Source: Chara braunii (Eukaryota; Plantae; Charophyceae). From it: a stretch of DNA of 64,000 bases. The notes beneath the pieces are model-generated. The model had not been told where the DNA came from, did no database searches, and saw only the letters and a list, made by a program, of their open reading frames with translations. Location: the NCBI GenBank assembly GCA_003427395.1, contig BFEA01000039.1, forward strand, positions 957,067 through 1,021,066, written 5' to 3'. Positions 62,301 through 64,000 of this stretch are shown here, piece after piece. Position 1 is the first letter of the stretch, and the number at the start of each line of letters is the position of its first letter. Made by a program: the position numbers and the translations under genes.

Positions 62301-64000
62301 CTATAGCGCGCGACTTTCTGCGCGATTGCAATGAGGGGTCCTAAGTTGGGAAGGTTGGGCCAATTACGGGAGATTGGGATGGATGTGACGCGCAACCTCA
62401 CACCCTGTGCTGTCTTCCGTTCGGAGTGCTAAGAGTGCGGAAAGAAGGCCCAAAAAAACAGCAAGATGGGGTGTGCCAAGGATTTTTGGAAAGTTGAGTG
62501 TGGGGATACAGACAAAACTGAAATCCCCCATGTTGGCCCGATGAAGTAAGTCGGTTGCTTTCGCGCGTCGCAGAATGCGCGCGCGGGCACAGCGCGAAAA
62601 GATAAAAATCCAAATTCAATCCAAAAAGTATTGTCGAGCTTCCCACCGTACTACGGATCTTCGTTTTGAGGGGAAGGGTTTCGGTACACTCCTCGTGTCC
62701 CGTTTTCGTATCAAGTCCCTACGTCGCTCGTTGGTCAGTTCCGAGTCCGACGTGGATGGTCTCAGCCGCGTGGCTCTTTCCTTGTGCTCGTCTTCACTCT
62801 GTATCCGGTAGTGGAAGCCTTTCGACTCGTAGCGATCGAAACGCTGACACTCAGTGCACAGGGTTCGAGGCCAATGGGGCGCCACTGCCGTCCACGGAAT
62901 GACGATCAACTCGTTAAATGGAAACAGCAATGAGTAAGGCGGGAAATGCGTATCGATAATGACAAAACCCGCGTCCACGAATCCAGAACAACGATTTTCG
63001 GGAGGGAAGTAATATTGTCCGCCGATCCGTGCGACAACTTCTCGCACGTCCCACTCGCATACACGTGTCCTTTCCTCGTTGTAAGGGAAGGGGCGCGTTG
63101 GCGAGGGAAGTACGGGAGGCTGGCGCCCGATCGAGGAGCGGCCGTTAGTCCACATATCAACCAATCAAGAAAAAAAGGAAAACCCTCGAGACGTCATCAA
63201 AATGCACAAAAGAGAACTAACTCGTATTGTCCTTCCTTTTGACACGTGAGAAGTGTCCATGCATTGATCGGGTTGGAGTTTCGAGGGATCAACCCGCGAC
63301 TCAGTTTCGGCAGACCAGATCAACAACAACACGAGGCGCCTGGCTTTTTCGAGGCTGCCCCATAGACTGTTTGCAGATGTCGTACAACATTAGGCAGATG
63401 ACATGTGTAGTGCATTCATGACGACAGATCTAAACACTCTTGCATTCTCGAACAAAATTTTGTTAAGATCTGTGTCTAATCAACGCGAAAATACAAGCAT
63501 CTCTATACATACATCCACTGTGGAAGGTGCGAAAATGACAACGATGCACACGTCAGAGGTAGATCGGGGGAGTGTACATGCGCATCCACCGTTCGCAAGA
63601 CAAGATGGTTTGGCTCCCTTACATCAGGGGATTACCCAGGAAACTAATGAAAAAGTTTCGGAAGAAGTTCTTCTCCGCAGGAAGTCACAAGAGGTTACTT
63701 TAATCAGACAAACTCGTACACATCATCATTCAACTCAAAAAGAGAAAAAGAGAGAGAGAGAAGAGATAGACGAGTGAGGTCGAGACATGAGACACTGGAA
63801 TCTGACAAGGAAACATTCGGCTTCGCAGCCGTGAACTCATACCAAAGAGAATTGATCCGCAACCATGAAGGCGCATTCGCCGTAAAATTCCAATATGGCC
63901 CCAGGCCAATCATCCACACAAATCCTCATACCCGCACCGACAATCCCGACCATCGCGTGCTAACTTCCGCCACTACGATCGTCACCCCGCTGACGCAGAC

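Overview
Eukaryotic, repeat-rich green-lineage nuclear DNA: plant-type U2/U6 sequences, a plant O-fucosyltransferase and L1/Tx1 LINEs. A charophyte alga such as Chara is my guess, not established. Several N gaps, mostly beside microsatellites or T-runs. Main host gene: a small mitochondrial protein of the At2g27730 / 'F1F0-ATPase inhibitor-like' family on the minus strand, reconstructed from three phase-0 exons (50491-50351, 48846-48811, 19203-19012). This implies a ~29.6 kb second intron. That intron holds a ~6.3-6.7 kb inverted duplication (21720-28060 / 36005-42727) carrying an intact intronless O-fucosyltransferase and its pseudogene twin, U6 and mitochondrial-type trnV relics, and a U2 retrocopy present in one arm only. 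A decayed chromodomain Ty3/gypsy element lies between the arms. The right end holds a nearly full L1/Tx1-type LINE and further LINE fragments. The left end holds two inverted, decayed copies of an unknown element. The most unusual signal is at 9571-10370: an array of 11 interspaced hairpins with a conserved CCCT-TAAGTT-AGGG core, outer stems that vary while keeping pairing, and dissimilar spacers (period ~62 bp). A U6-derived sequence lying head-to-head with a tRNA-derived SINE (~5390) is also notable.
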